From a virus (Duplodnaviria; Caudoviricetes): a stretch of DNA of 63,930 bases. The notes beneath the pieces were generated by a model. It worked only from the letters and a program-made list of their open reading frames with translations. It searched no databases and had not been told where the DNA came from. Where the stretch lies: the IMG/VR virus record IMGVR_UViG_3300037714_000576, positions 1 through 63,930 of that record; one strand, given 5' to 3'. Positions 39,371 to 48,503 of the stretch are shown one piece after another (the stretch's first letter is position 1; each line of letters opens with the position of its first letter). The translations under genes and the position numbers were made by a program.

Positions 39371-39919
39371 ATGAACGGTGACCACGAAATTTGGTGTGGG
39401 AATACGCTAGTGGAGACACTCCACTGGACGGGCCCGGTGTATGTTTTTCCAGAGGCACCCCCAGAAAGCGTATTACTTCAGAGGCGCGCCTTTCGCGATC
39501 AAGCGATCAAGCGTGCGTTCGAGCTCCGCGGCCTTGCGTACACACGCATGAATCCAAACTGGAAAGAGATCGCACATCTCGAATTCGACTGCAAAGAAGT
39601 CAACGAAACACAAGTTGCTGCCACAACCCCGATTGGGACCTTTCTGATCGCAGCGCGGCGCGTGAAAGCTGGAGAGCAAGCTACAGCGGTAGTAGTCGGC
39701 TCAAACCTTATCGGATACGGTGAGACGGCACGGGAAGATCAAATCAGTCTGCCTACGCGCCTTGTAGGGCGGCTGTTACCGCCGGAGCGGTCCGAGTGGC
39801 GCGAGTTGTGGCTGTTTCAGCCCACTTGCTTCGGGTACGCAGACGGTACAGTAAGTTCGTACCTCGGCAGCTATCCGCGCCGGATCACATGGGTACAAGA
39901 GCCGCATTGGCCGAAATAG
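39371..39919 (+). CDS. Hypothetical protein (array)
   Basis: ATG after repeat. Confidence 0.7.
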   Translation: MNGDHEIWCGNTLVETLHWTGPVYVFPEAPPESVLLQRRAFRDQAIKRAFELRGLAYTRMNPNWKEIAHLEFDCKEVNETQVAATTPIGTFLIAARRVKAGEQATAVVVGSNLIGYGETAREDQISLPTRLVGRLLPPERSEWRELWLFQPTCFGYADGTVSSYLGSYPRRITWVQEPHWPK

Positions 39920-39947
39920 GCGTCGAGGCACCGGGAGAAATACTGAC

Positions 39948-40127
39948 ATGGCACAAAAGAAAACTCGCAAGCTCAGACCCGTCGAGCCTGAACACTTCGT
40001 TGTACAGTTCAGTCTAGTTAGTGTGCGCGGACAATACTTCTACGCGCGCTTCAAAACGCGTCGTGCGGCTCTCCGGTTTGTCGATTTCGACGATCACGAT
40101 GTGATTGAAACCGCGTGCATCCTGTAA
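39948..40127 (+). CDS. 59-aa protein (not in ORF track)
   Basis: GGAG SD; MAQKKTRKLRPVEPEHF...; stop abuts repeat. Confidence 0.6.
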   Translation: MAQKKTRKLRPVEPEHFVVQFSLVSVRGQYFYARFKTRRAALRFVDFDDHDVIETACIL

Positions 40128-40173
40128 GCCCTGGGTTGGACTCCCGGGGCATTCGGCCGTTAAAGGGGTTTAA

Positions 40174-40839
40174 ATGCTCACTAAGGAACGCGCGCACAAA
40201 GCGTGGGAAGCACGCGGCGCAGAACAGACGGTGGAACACACGCTCACAAAAGACGAGTGCGCGTACGTCAAACTGATCTGGGATCACATGCCCGGCAATT
40301 CGACGTGGATGGACGCATTTTTCTTGATCATGAATGCGAAACGCGAAGGTCCACCAGAATTTCAGCCGCTCGACTTCGTGATCGTGAAAAACACGCACGG
40401 ATACGAAGCCTATCGTGGGCGCCGTGGCATGATTCGGAGCTATGTGCCATTCGGTAAGCTGTATGTGTATCTGCGGCCTGCGGGCCAAACATACGGCGCT
40501 GATGTTGCTCTTTGCATTATCGACGAATCGGACTTAGCCAGAGACACGCCGAGTCACCAAGACGTTGTGTGTCTGACAGGTGCGACACGCGAAAACGGCT
40601 GCTGGGGGACATCAGACGAAATCAAGCCTGGTGACATTGCGGACGAATCCTTGTATTGGGAGTGGTTAGAGGCTGTGCCTCCAGCCACACACAAACTAGA
40701 TTTGATGCAAATGGGTGAACCAATGGACCACAACGGTTTGGGCGACAAGCCACGGTTTCTCACAATGCAAAAACACGGCGAACAGTGGATCTATACTGGT
40801 ATTCGTGTTCGCGGTGAGCGCGTCCAGATCAAACAGTGA
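40174..40839 (+). CDS. Hypothetical protein (array)
   Basis: ATG after repeat; C-terminal VPP...MQMGEP.DH motif. Confidence 0.7.
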   Translation: MLTKERAHKAWEARGAEQTVEHTLTKDECAYVKLIWDHMPGNSTWMDAFFLIMNAKREGPPEFQPLDFVIVKNTHGYEAYRGRRGMIRSYVPFGKLYVYLRPAGQTYGADVALCIIDESDLARDTPSHQDVVCLTGATRENGCWGTSDEIKPGDIADESLYWEWLEAVPPATHKLDLMQMGEPMDHNGLGDKPRFLTMQKHGEQWIYTGIRVRGERVQIKQ

Positions 40840-40948
40840 AAGTCGACGAAAGCCGCTCGGGTAGATTTGTAGATCTGTATGTAGATCTATAAAGATGCCT
40901 CATGGGGCCTTTGTCTCCCATTACAAAGGAAAAGAAGGGTAAGGAAGT

Positions 40949-42127
40949 ATGGCACTGAAAGCACAAGTCAAAGTTAGCGCCGTCGATCGGCCGAAAACGC
41001 TTACGCGCGCCTCGCAACAGTGGCGCGAACGCCCGGCAGACGAGTGCTTCGAAACACTGGACGCGTTGCTCGCCGCCACGCGCGGTCATCACCAGCGCGC
41101 CGTGCAGGTCAAAAAGCCGTTCCACGAAATCCGCGTCACGCATGGCACGAACGATGAAATCTACCTTGTGGGACAGGGCGGCAAGATGATCCGCCCGAAC
41201 CACTGGGCCTTCGGCCAGCTGTGCCAGCGCGTAGGTGCGCCGGCCAGCTACCTTCGCGAGCTCCCGGCACACCTGGCTGTGGAGAACCTTCGGCATGGTC
41301 TGGAGGCCGCCACCGACGAGGAAGCCGCCGTTCTGCTGGTTGAGAAGCCCGAGCAAAGTGGCGATATCGCCACGCTGCGCGCCATGACGAGCGACAAATA
41401 CACGCGCGTGTGGAATGACGAAGTCGCAGAAGCACTCGTCGCTTTGCGCGAGCGCGCGCCGTCGTGGCAGTTCCCGGAGCCTTTCCGCACTGTGGGCGGC
41501 ACGAAAGCCAATGCGTGGGGTAAGGCCGACGGCAAGCAGATCCCGATCGCGTTCGCGTCGGATCACGACATGTTCGTATTCCTGTGCGACTACGAACACG
41601 GGATCGACGTCGGGGGAAGCGTGCTTGCGCGCGGGTTTTTCGTCGAAAACAGCGAAGTTGGGGATGCGTCCTTCAAGGTGACCATGTTCCTGTTCGATTT
41701 CGTTTGCTCGAACATCCTGGTGTGGGGTGCGCGCAACGTGGCGGAGATCAAGTTTAAGCATGTTGGTGCGGTTCGCGATCGTGTGCTCGCGCGTGATTCG
41801 AAGGTGCTCAAGGCGATCAATGACTATTCCAATCTGCGCGCCAGTGAGCAGACAAGCCAAATCCTGAACGCCCAGAACGTTCTGATCGGCAAGGATGATG
41901 CTGAGGTTTTGTCAACACTGTTCGGGCGCAAGTCCTTGCAGCTCGCCAAAGGCGACATCCAAGCCGCGCAGCTCGTCGCGAACACGACGCCCCGCTACGG
42001 CAACCCACGCTCGGTCTGGGCAATCGTCAACGGTCTGACTGAAGTCTCTCAGCGCACGACCTACACAGACCAACGTATCAAGTTGGATCGCGCCGCGGGT
42101 TCGTTGCTCGAAACCTTCGCATTCTGA
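40949..42127 (+). CDS. DUF932-family protein
   Basis: HWAFGQL..VGAPASYL, LRA.TS..Y.R, ASDHDMFVFL, NSEVG, VCSN. Confidence 0.85.
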   Translation: MALKAQVKVSAVDRPKTLTRASQQWRERPADECFETLDALLAATRGHHQRAVQVKKPFHEIRVTHGTNDEIYLVGQGGKMIRPNHWAFGQLCQRVGAPASYLRELPAHLAVENLRHGLEAATDEEAAVLLVEKPEQSGDIATLRAMTSDKYTRVWNDEVAEALVALRERAPSWQFPEPFRTVGGTKANAWGKADGKQIPIAFASDHDMFVFLCDYEHGIDVGGSVLARGFFVENSEVGDASFKVTMFLFDFVCSNILVWGARNVAEIKFKHVGAVRDRVLARDSKVLKAINDYSNLRASEQTSQILNAQNVLIGKDDAEVLSTLFGRKSLQLAKGDIQAAQLVANTTPRYGNPRSVWAIVNGLTEVSQRTTYTDQRIKLDRAAGSLLETFAF

Positions 42128-42202
42128 TTCGAGCCGCAGATCTACAAACCAAGCCTTACGGCTCACACCGGGGGGCTTTGGGCGTTTAAGGGGTAGTACC
42201 AA

Positions 42203-42472
42203 ATGGCATCAAACCGTCTCACGTCGGATCTGCCGCCTCCACCAGAGCAGATCGATCCTAACGACAGAATTTCACCAGAGCTCCGCAAATGGCTCAATAC
42301 CGGCTGGCGCGCGCAATGTAGTGGTTGCGGACTGCGTTGGAGCAGTCACCAGCGACCCGGGGACACAAGGTGTCCCGACTGCAACGACTTGCCTTCACTA
42401 CCGTCGAGCCTGGCAGCGATCCAATCGATGCCGGGCCCTGCGGACAGCATATTTCGACCTATGAAAAGGTGA
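42203..42472 (+). CDS. Small zinc-finger protein
   Basis: CSGC...CPDC; ATG after repeat. Confidence 0.65.
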   Translation: MASNRLTSDLPPPPEQIDPNDRISPELRKWLNTGWRAQCSGCGLRWSSHQRPGDTRCPDCNDLPSLPSSLAAIQSMPGPADSIFRPMKR

Positions 42473-42571
42473 TCACGCAAATTCGTAATCGCGTCACTTG
42501 CTTTTGGCTAGCCCAAAGCGCTACAACCACTTCTGGTCAGTCACCACACGCCAAAGCAGAAGGGCGGCCCC

Positions 42572-42850
42572 ATGTTGATCGGCAATAAGTCCAGGAATGT
42601 CCGTGTTTCGATTCAACATATGCATCCGGCGTTGTATGCCCAGCTTGAAGTTGGTGACGAGCTCGTAATCTATCGCAACGGCCCCTTGTTGTCCGTAGCT
42701 GATGCAGACGTCGCACTTGATCACGTCTTGTACGATCTCCATACACGGCAACTGGATTGCGAAGAAATCGATGACGGCCCGACACGGCTCGTCTGGGCGA
42801 TCGTGCGAGCTCGCGATCGAGCTCGCGATCTGGCAAGCGCCGCCGAATAG
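42572..42850 (+). CDS. Hypothetical protein
   Basis: Plausible ORF followed by hairpin 42855-42890. Confidence 0.55.
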   Translation: MLIGNKSRNVRVSIQHMHPALYAQLEVGDELVIYRNGPLLSVADADVALDHVLYDLHTRQLDCEEIDDGPTRLVWAIVRARDRARDLASAAE

Positions 42851-42985
42851 GTTAGGCGCTCGGACCCCAACCCCTTTACCCCCGAGCGCCGAAACACGGC
42901 GACGGCGAGCTGCGATCACACCCCGATCGAAAACTTGCCGCGCGCCGTGTCCTTGCACGAGAGGTGCAAGCTGAGGAAGGCGACA

Positions 42986-43297
42986 ATGGACATTCAGCAA
43001 ATAAACGCCCATCGCGTGAGGTCGTTTCATGTGTTCATCGAAACGACACACACGGACCACAGCAAGGTGCAAATTGCCATCGATAGGCCGGGAACAGGGG
43101 GCTTGACGTTCTTCGAGCTCCCAGAGCCATTCGGGTGCGTATTGTCGCTGATTCTGCTGGGCTGTGCGCGGTTACAGGAGCGGATTCAACACGTACCTGA
43201 AGCGTTGCGCTCGCACCTGTCGCACGAAGCGGCGCAACAAATGCTGATTGACGAGAGTTTTGCTAACATTCCAGAACAAACACGAGAAATGCACTAA
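42986..43297 (+). CDS. Hypothetical protein
   Basis: SD-like GGAAGG. Confidence 0.55.
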   Translation: MDIQQINAHRVRSFHVFIETTHTDHSKVQIAIDRPGTGGLTFFELPEPFGCVLSLILLGCARLQERIQHVPEALRSHLSHEAAQQMLIDESFANIPEQTREMH

Positions 43298-43310
43298 CAA
43301 GGAATTGATC

Positions 43311-43913
43311 ATGAAACGGCTGTATCTGAGTTTCGCGATTCTGTTTTTCGCCGCCGCGTGCGGCAGCAGTGATGACATGGGTGAAGGCACTGACCCAGAC
43401 AACCCGGGCAACACGAAGCCTGGCAACGGCGGCAAGCTGCGGGTCGACGCAGGCAGCGATGCAGGCGCGCTTGCGGGAGACGCAAGCGGCCAGACTGAAG
43501 ACGGCGGTTCGGTCAACGGGGGCCCTAACGATGGGGGCACGGTCGACGGGAGCCGCACGGATGGTGCTGCGACCGAGAACCGCACGGATGGTGCTGCGGC
43601 CACGACCTTTGACGGGATGTGGACGGTGGTCATGACGGCCACTGCCGCAACCACCTGCACGGGCAGTCAGTTCGAAGCGCGGATCGAGGACACCTGGACC
43701 TTCACGGGTGCCACTAGCGACACGTTGAGAGGTGCGCACCTCGGTCCGAACCCCTACGAGCGCGCGCCGGGCTCGGACGTCTGGAACACCGGAGAAACGA
43801 CGATTGCCGCGACGGCCGATTTGGAACTTGTCGGGCTCGAGCTGCGCGGGACATTCATCTTCTATCGCGACACTTGCAACGTCTTTTACGACGTCCAAGG
43901 CATGCGCCCGTGA
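43311..43913 (+). CDS. Lipoprotein with D/G/A-rich linker
   Basis: MKR + hydrophobic core + AAAC lipobox; DAG/DGG repeats; duplicated RTDGAA. Confidence 0.85.
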   Translation: MKRLYLSFAILFFAAACGSSDDMGEGTDPDNPGNTKPGNGGKLRVDAGSDAGALAGDASGQTEDGGSVNGGPNDGGTVDGSRTDGAATENRTDGAAATTFDGMWTVVMTATAATTCTGSQFEARIEDTWTFTGATSDTLRGAHLGPNPYERAPGSDVWNTGETTIAATADLELVGLELRGTFIFYRDTCNVFYDVQGMRP

Positions 43914-44228
43914 ATGCGCAGGATACGCAAATCACGGATCATGCGATTCGATGTTTCTTTCGTTTTCTGCAGAGCTGCACGCGTGTGGCCGGACCAATAA
44001 ACGAACAAATTACGCTGCGGCAGTATAGTTGGGCAGCTTTTCGCCTGCGTGAGTTGATCCCTACCGCAAATTATCGCGCGACTGACACACAGGGCCGTGA
44101 GCTGTGGAAATCGCCGCCTAGTGCATACGGACTGCGATGGCTGCTCGCCTACGAACAGGATCGCAAGATTCGCAAAGTGATCTGGGTCGGCGCAATGCGT
44201 CCGCCCAGAGCCATGTGGAAGCCCGAGA

Positions 44229-44570
44229 ATGACGATTGAGCTGAAACGTCGAACAATCTACGACGCAATTGAACAGATCGTAGCGACCGCACGTAGCGAA
44301 CCACGCGACTGGCTCGTGCAATACGCAACAACTCACGGGATTGACGGCCCCGAGACGATCCGTTGCACGGTTCACCTAATGAACGAACCGGCCAAAATCC
44401 GTGAACGGCTTCAGGTGCCGCGCGAGACGGCGGTTTTCGGCGGGGATTTCGAAGATTGTGCCGTATTGGCTATTTCCTTGGCAGACGCACTCGAATTGCC
44501 GTATGAAATCGTCGTCAAGGGGACGACGTTGTATTTATACGTCAACGGGACCGAAGTTCTGCACAAATAG
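44229..44570 (+). CDS. Transglutaminase-like remnant/hypothetical
   Basis: GDFEDCAVLAISLA...LPYEIV resembles GDCED motif. Confidence 0.45.
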   Translation: MTIELKRRTIYDAIEQIVATARSEPRDWLVQYATTHGIDGPETIRCTVHLMNEPAKIRERLQVPRETAVFGGDFEDCAVLAISLADALELPYEIVVKGTTLYLYVNGTEVLHK

Positions 44571-44585
44571 CCAAGGAGGGCCGCC

Positions 44586-44981
44586 ATGTCGGATTCAGCG
44601 CTTCAATTCAGCCCGCAACCACTCGAATACCCATCGCGTCGGAAGAGGAAAGCCGCCAAGACGGCTGCGAAGCGGACGGGGAAACTGCGCTTAATGCCTA
44701 CGTACGCACCTCCGGCCCCTGTGCGACGTCCGAGCGGGTACGTTGCCGCCGAGAGCATTCGGATGCTGATCCAGGACATGTACGATGGCCGGCGTCGTTA
44801 CGGTACGCCATGCACGTACTCGGCAATATACCGGGAGCTCGGCCTGCACACAACGTTTGGCTGTGATCTGATGCGGGGCCGCATCAAATGTGTCGGTACA
44901 CGAATTATCGACAAAGTCTGCAGTCACGCTCAAATGACTGCAGCGGATCTACTAGACGAAATCACCGACGTACTTGAGTAA
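44586..44981 (+). CDS. HTH-like DNA-binding protein
   Basis: AAGGAGG SD; TYSAIYRELGLH..F..DLMRG. Confidence 0.6.
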   Translation: MSDSALQFSPQPLEYPSRRKRKAAKTAAKRTGKLRLMPTYAPPAPVRRPSGYVAAESIRMLIQDMYDGRRRYGTPCTYSAIYRELGLHTTFGCDLMRGRIKCVGTRIIDKVCSHAQMTAADLLDEITDVLE

Positions 44982-44984
44982 AGG

Positions 44985-45347
44985 GTGAGATCGATGCGTA
45001 ACGGTGACGAAATTTTGACAGCGCGCTTCGAGTTCAAATGCACGCCAAAGGAACGCGAGCAGATCCAGGTCACAGCGTATCAACGCAAGCAGACTGCAAG
45101 TGTCTTCCTACGCGAAGTCGCACGCGCAGCTATTTTGAATGAGGAAATCAGGCCCGTCGCGGCGACTTCTCTGAGCGATACAGAAGTTTGGCAAAGCGTG
45201 TTCGTGGCCTCGCTGCAGGGCAGTGCAGTCATGGCCGACAAGACCCACGCCATTGAATCAAGTCGCTCTATCATTGCAAATGCTGAGTCGATCGCTGATG
45301 CCGCCATTCTCGCGCGACGTCGGCGTGTTCTTGAATCAGCTGACTGA
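44985..45347 (+). CDS. RHH-like protein
   Basis: RFEFKCT..E...I...A.....SVFLRE. Confidence 0.55.
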   Translation: MRSMRNGDEILTARFEFKCTPKEREQIQVTAYQRKQTASVFLREVARAAILNEEIRPVAATSLSDTEVWQSVFVASLQGSAVMADKTHAIESSRSIIANAESIADAAILARRRRVLESAD

Positions 45348-45600
45348 TCGGAGTCCGATGGAACGCCCTCCAACAATCTGCCCGAGGTGCGGGCGCCAAA
45401 CCGAAACCGCAACCGAACGGCCAAAATTCCAAGGTCAAAAGGCTGTGCATTGGCAATTCATGAACGGATCGCTGGTGGTCAGCCCGCGTCGTCTGCCGAC
45501 GCCGACCAAATGCGCCCCGTGCAATCGTGGGTGGGCTGTCGATCCAAGCTCACTCACATTGGTGGAGATCGAGAATCTATAATCGAAGGGGTAGGAGATC

Positions 45601-45852
45601 ATGCCTGTGTTGCCAAAGACACATCCCGGCCCGTTCATGCCAGCGCGCGAGGCAGAGCTACGTAAGAAGCCGGCGCATTACTGCGTGCACGAGGTTTGGC
45701 CCGAGCTGGACGCGCAACGTGCACGCGTCGCCGAACTGGAGGCCGCACTAGCCTCGGTCGAGTACTATGTGCGCGAATATTCGGAGTCGCTGGCACTGCC
45801 GGCAGCGGGGCCGATTCTGCAGGTGATCCGCGGCGTGAAGCGCACGAGTTGA
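45601..45852 (+). CDS. Hypothetical protein
   Basis: AGGAG SD. Confidence 0.55.
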   Translation: MPVLPKTHPGPFMPAREAELRKKPAHYCVHEVWPELDAQRARVAELEAALASVEYYVREYSESLALPAAGPILQVIRGVKRTS

Positions 45853-46117
45853 CATATGGACACTTGGATCGGCGGAGAGGGGTACGTCCTGCGTGTGAAC
45901 GACGGCAAACGCTCGTTTCGCTGCGAAAAATGCGGAGCAAACGTGTTCCTGAAGCACCGCGACGATCCACGGCGCTACAAGTGCAACGGCTGCGGCGCCA
46001 CCTACACGGCAGAGGCCGAGGAAACATGAGCGTGCGGCGTGCCACAAGTGCCCCGAGTGCGTGCAGGCCCGGGCCAAATTGACATAAGAAACCTTCTACG
46101 AAGTGTGAGTGTGAACC

Positions 46118-46411
46118 GTGCGAACATACAAAGCCAAACTGATGCCGGTCGACGGCGAAATTGTAGACCTGGACCTACCGCCAGACATCGGCAAGGTTCT
46201 CGCTCTGCTCGGAGATGCTGAACTGTTTCAGACCGTCCGCACCCGTGAGGGAATGATGCTCGTGGACGACAACGGGCTACGAAAGGGGCTGCCGCAGAAT
46301 CCGCGCGCGTCGGACCTGTACGCGGGCGGGTATATCGCTGGGCCGGCGGTGCTGTTCACACAGGCTGAGTGGGACGTGTACGACGCGGCCTTTTCGGAGC
46401 CGGGGCTGTGA
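46118..46411 (+). CDS. DUF3846-like protein
   Basis: MLVDDNG..KGLP.N..AS.LY...IAG.AV. Confidence 0.7.
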   Translation: MRTYKAKLMPVDGEIVDLDLPPDIGKVLALLGDAELFQTVRTREGMMLVDDNGLRKGLPQNPRASDLYAGGYIAGPAVLFTQAEWDVYDAAFSEPGL

Positions 46412-46421
46412 GGTAACGCCG

Positions 46422-46646
46422 GTGAGCAACAAAAACTGCGGATACTGTTACAACCGCGGGTGTCGGGAGTGCGAGCCCGCCCTGCGCGCAGCGGAAGTCA
46501 TCACCAAGGCCGATAGCAGGGCGGCGTGGCGCGCGTACGCGGCCGCGTACCTGGCGAACGGCCGGAATGTCGACGATGCCTTCACGCTTGCTGACGAGGC
46601 CCTCCGCGCTGAGGGCCGTCACTTCGCCAGGGGGCCGGTGAGCTAG
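46422..46646 (+). CDS. Hypothetical protein
   Basis: GAGG SD, CxxC motifs. Confidence 0.5.
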   Translation: MSNKNCGYCYNRGCRECEPALRAAEVITKADSRAAWRAYAAAYLANGRNVDDAFTLADEALRAEGRHFARGPVS

Positions 46647-46768
46647 ATGGACTTCTTCGCCGCGGCACCGCCGCCAGAGCCGCACGATAGACGCACAGGG
46701 GGCCCAGAGATGACTTCGCCCGATGACAGCAAGATTCTGTTGCCCGCGCATTATGTGAGTCGTCTTGT

Positions 46769-47071
46769 ATGAGTAAAAAACGCGTGCCGAAACTGCCGTG
46801 GAAGCACCGCGGCGAATTGCGAATCACCGGTTGGGACATTCCGATCGAGTACGGCGTGGACGCGAATGGGGACGTCTGGAAAAACCACGCGCACGGCGGC
46901 GATCCGTGTGATCTAGTTACCGGTGAAGCGTTCATTCTGGAAATGCAATCAGAAGGCGATGAGATCGGCGCGCGAAAGCTCGCGACTTGGCTTGGCCTGC
47001 CAGAACCCGAGCCGGAATGGATGCGTACGGCTCGCGCGCACGGGTGGCGGCCGCCTGAGTCGAAGGCCTGA
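46769..47071 (+). CDS. Hypothetical protein
   Basis: Plausible ORF. Confidence 0.55.
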   Translation: MSKKRVPKLPWKHRGELRITGWDIPIEYGVDANGDVWKNHAHGGDPCDLVTGEAFILEMQSEGDEIGARKLATWLGLPEPEPEWMRTARAHGWRPPESKA

Positions 47072-47087
47072 CTGATACCTGAGTGAG

Positions 47088-47387
47088 GTGAATATGACAG
47101 TTCGATTTAACGGACCGACCGAATGCAAATGGCCATGTCCTTATTGTGGCACATTGCTTATCGGTGCGACGGCGATTCTCACAGTCAATCCTGGTGTGGG
47201 CCTCGAATTGCCCGGACCGGCGGCGCCCAAAATGAATGACATCACAATCTGTGGTGTATGCCATGAGATTCTTCGTTTTGGACACACAGAGTTTCACACG
47301 ATCAACCTGCAAACGCTCACCGAAGCACAACGCACAGCAATTTTGCTCGTACAAGCAACCGTACAGTTCGGGGCTGCAAAGAAGTGA
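47088..47387 (+). CDS. Zinc-finger protein
   Basis: CPYCG...ICGVC. Confidence 0.6.
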   Translation: MNMTVRFNGPTECKWPCPYCGTLLIGATAILTVNPGVGLELPGPAAPKMNDITICGVCHEILRFGHTEFHTINLQTLTEAQRTAILLVQATVQFGAAKK

Positions 47388-47394
47388 GGAAACC

Positions 47395-48222
47395 ATGCAA
47401 TTCGATGAATGGCTACGAAAGAACAACTACCAGGCGAGCACAGCCAAGCAGACACTGTCCGATCTACGACGTGTTGGCAATGCGAATGCCATGGCCGACC
47501 CCGGCGTCATCAATGCCCTGCGTCGTTACATCGCGTACGCGGTCCAATACGACGTCCGCGACGAATACACGGAAGCTGCTGCACAACATGGGATTGGTGG
47601 CGTCAAGCGCCTCCCGCACGTCAAAGACACAACGCGGAAACTCGACGCTGTCAGTTTCGAGGATGACGACTGGAGCGAGCTCGTGGAGGCGGTCAAAGGC
47701 GCCTCCAAACCGACCGATCAAGTACTGTGGGCGATGGTCACGACGGGGCTCCGCGTCGGGGATACACTCCGCGTCGAACGCGGGGCGCTCGCGGGGATCC
47801 TTGAGTCCTCGAACCCCATCATTCACATGGAAGTGAAGGGCGGCATATACCGGCCCGTGCCGATTGGCGTGCGCGAACCGTGGGAGGCGCTCGCACGCGG
47901 GGTGCTGGCGGGCAAAGCTGCGAATGTAGCCCAGTACGTCTGCGCAGGGTCTGTGGGGCCCGATGTGCGTGGCAGCTGCGCCTATCACCGCGTGAACAGG
48001 CGGTTGAAGACACTGCAACGCCAGCTCGGACTGTCCGGTCGAGCCAACACGCACCGAATTCGCCGCACGATCGCGGTCCATACCCTGGAAGAAACTGACA
48101 ACATCGTGGCAACGCAGCAGATGATGGGGCACAGAACGATGCAATCGACGTTGAAATACGTTGACGAGCGAAATCATCGGGGTACAGCCCGGTTGCAGCG
48201 CAAGCTCGCAGGCCTGGAATGA
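47395..48222 (+). CDS. Second tyrosine recombinase (XerC/D-like, no arm-binding domain)
   Basis: TGLRVGD, KGG, HRIRRT, MGH...STLKY. Confidence 0.9.
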   Translation: MQFDEWLRKNNYQASTAKQTLSDLRRVGNANAMADPGVINALRRYIAYAVQYDVRDEYTEAAAQHGIGGVKRLPHVKDTTRKLDAVSFEDDDWSELVEAVKGASKPTDQVLWAMVTTGLRVGDTLRVERGALAGILESSNPIIHMEVKGGIYRPVPIGVREPWEALARGVLAGKAANVAQYVCAGSVGPDVRGSCAYHRVNRRLKTLQRQLGLSGRANTHRIRRTIAVHTLEETDNIVATQQMMGHRTMQSTLKYVDERNHRGTARLQRKLAGLE

Positions 48223-48503
48223 GGAGTGAGGCCATGCGGAAGCTCAAGAAGTTTCTATTCTGGATTCCGGACAGCTTAGAAATGCCGCCATATCTGCGAT
48301 GGTGGATCTACGGATCACCGCCCGTTATTGGCTTCAAATTGGGCTATCAGATCTGGGCGTTCACTGAAACGGTGAATACACTGCAAATATTCTGCTTAGC
48401 AGCGGATATCTACTGGCTCTCTGTGTACGGGGTCATTTTCTGCAGTCTCCGCCATATCATCGCAGAGGAACGCGCAATGGAGCGTTGGCGGACATCAGCA
48501 TGA
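48219..48503 (+). CDS. Small membrane protein
   Basis: Two hydrophobic segments. Confidence 0.55.
   Translation: MRSEAMRKLKKFLFWIPDSLEMPPYLRWWIYGSPPVIGFKLGYQIWAFTETVNTLQIFCLAADIYWLSVYGVIFCSLRHIIAEERAMERWRTSA

Larger units (their letters stand above)
35229..42193 (+). repeat. Dispersed intergenic repeat, 11 copies: GC-rich hairpin + GCGTTTAA + GGAG/GGGG
   Basis: Copies at about 35229, 35750, 36314, 36566, 36925, 38089, 38473, 38784, 39316, 40128, 42151. Confidence 0.92.

Noticed and set aside
35229-42193. Repeat array as CRISPR
   Set aside because: Intervals are hundreds to about 2000 bp and contain whole genes, the repeats are degenerate, and there is no cas operon.
35229-42193. Repeats as canonical attC sites, Rho-independent terminators or sigma70 promoters
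   Set aside because: No RYYYAAC/GTTRRRY pair and too short for attC. No U-tract after the stem. TTGACT occurs in only two loops, and the would-be -10 lacks the key A and T and overlaps the SD.
44229-44570. Active transglutaminase or maturation protease
   Set aside because: The expected catalytic Cys in GDCED is Phe, and no downstream catalytic His is evident.
46079-46110. TTGACA promoter
   Set aside because: No acceptable -10 at 16-18 bp spacing.
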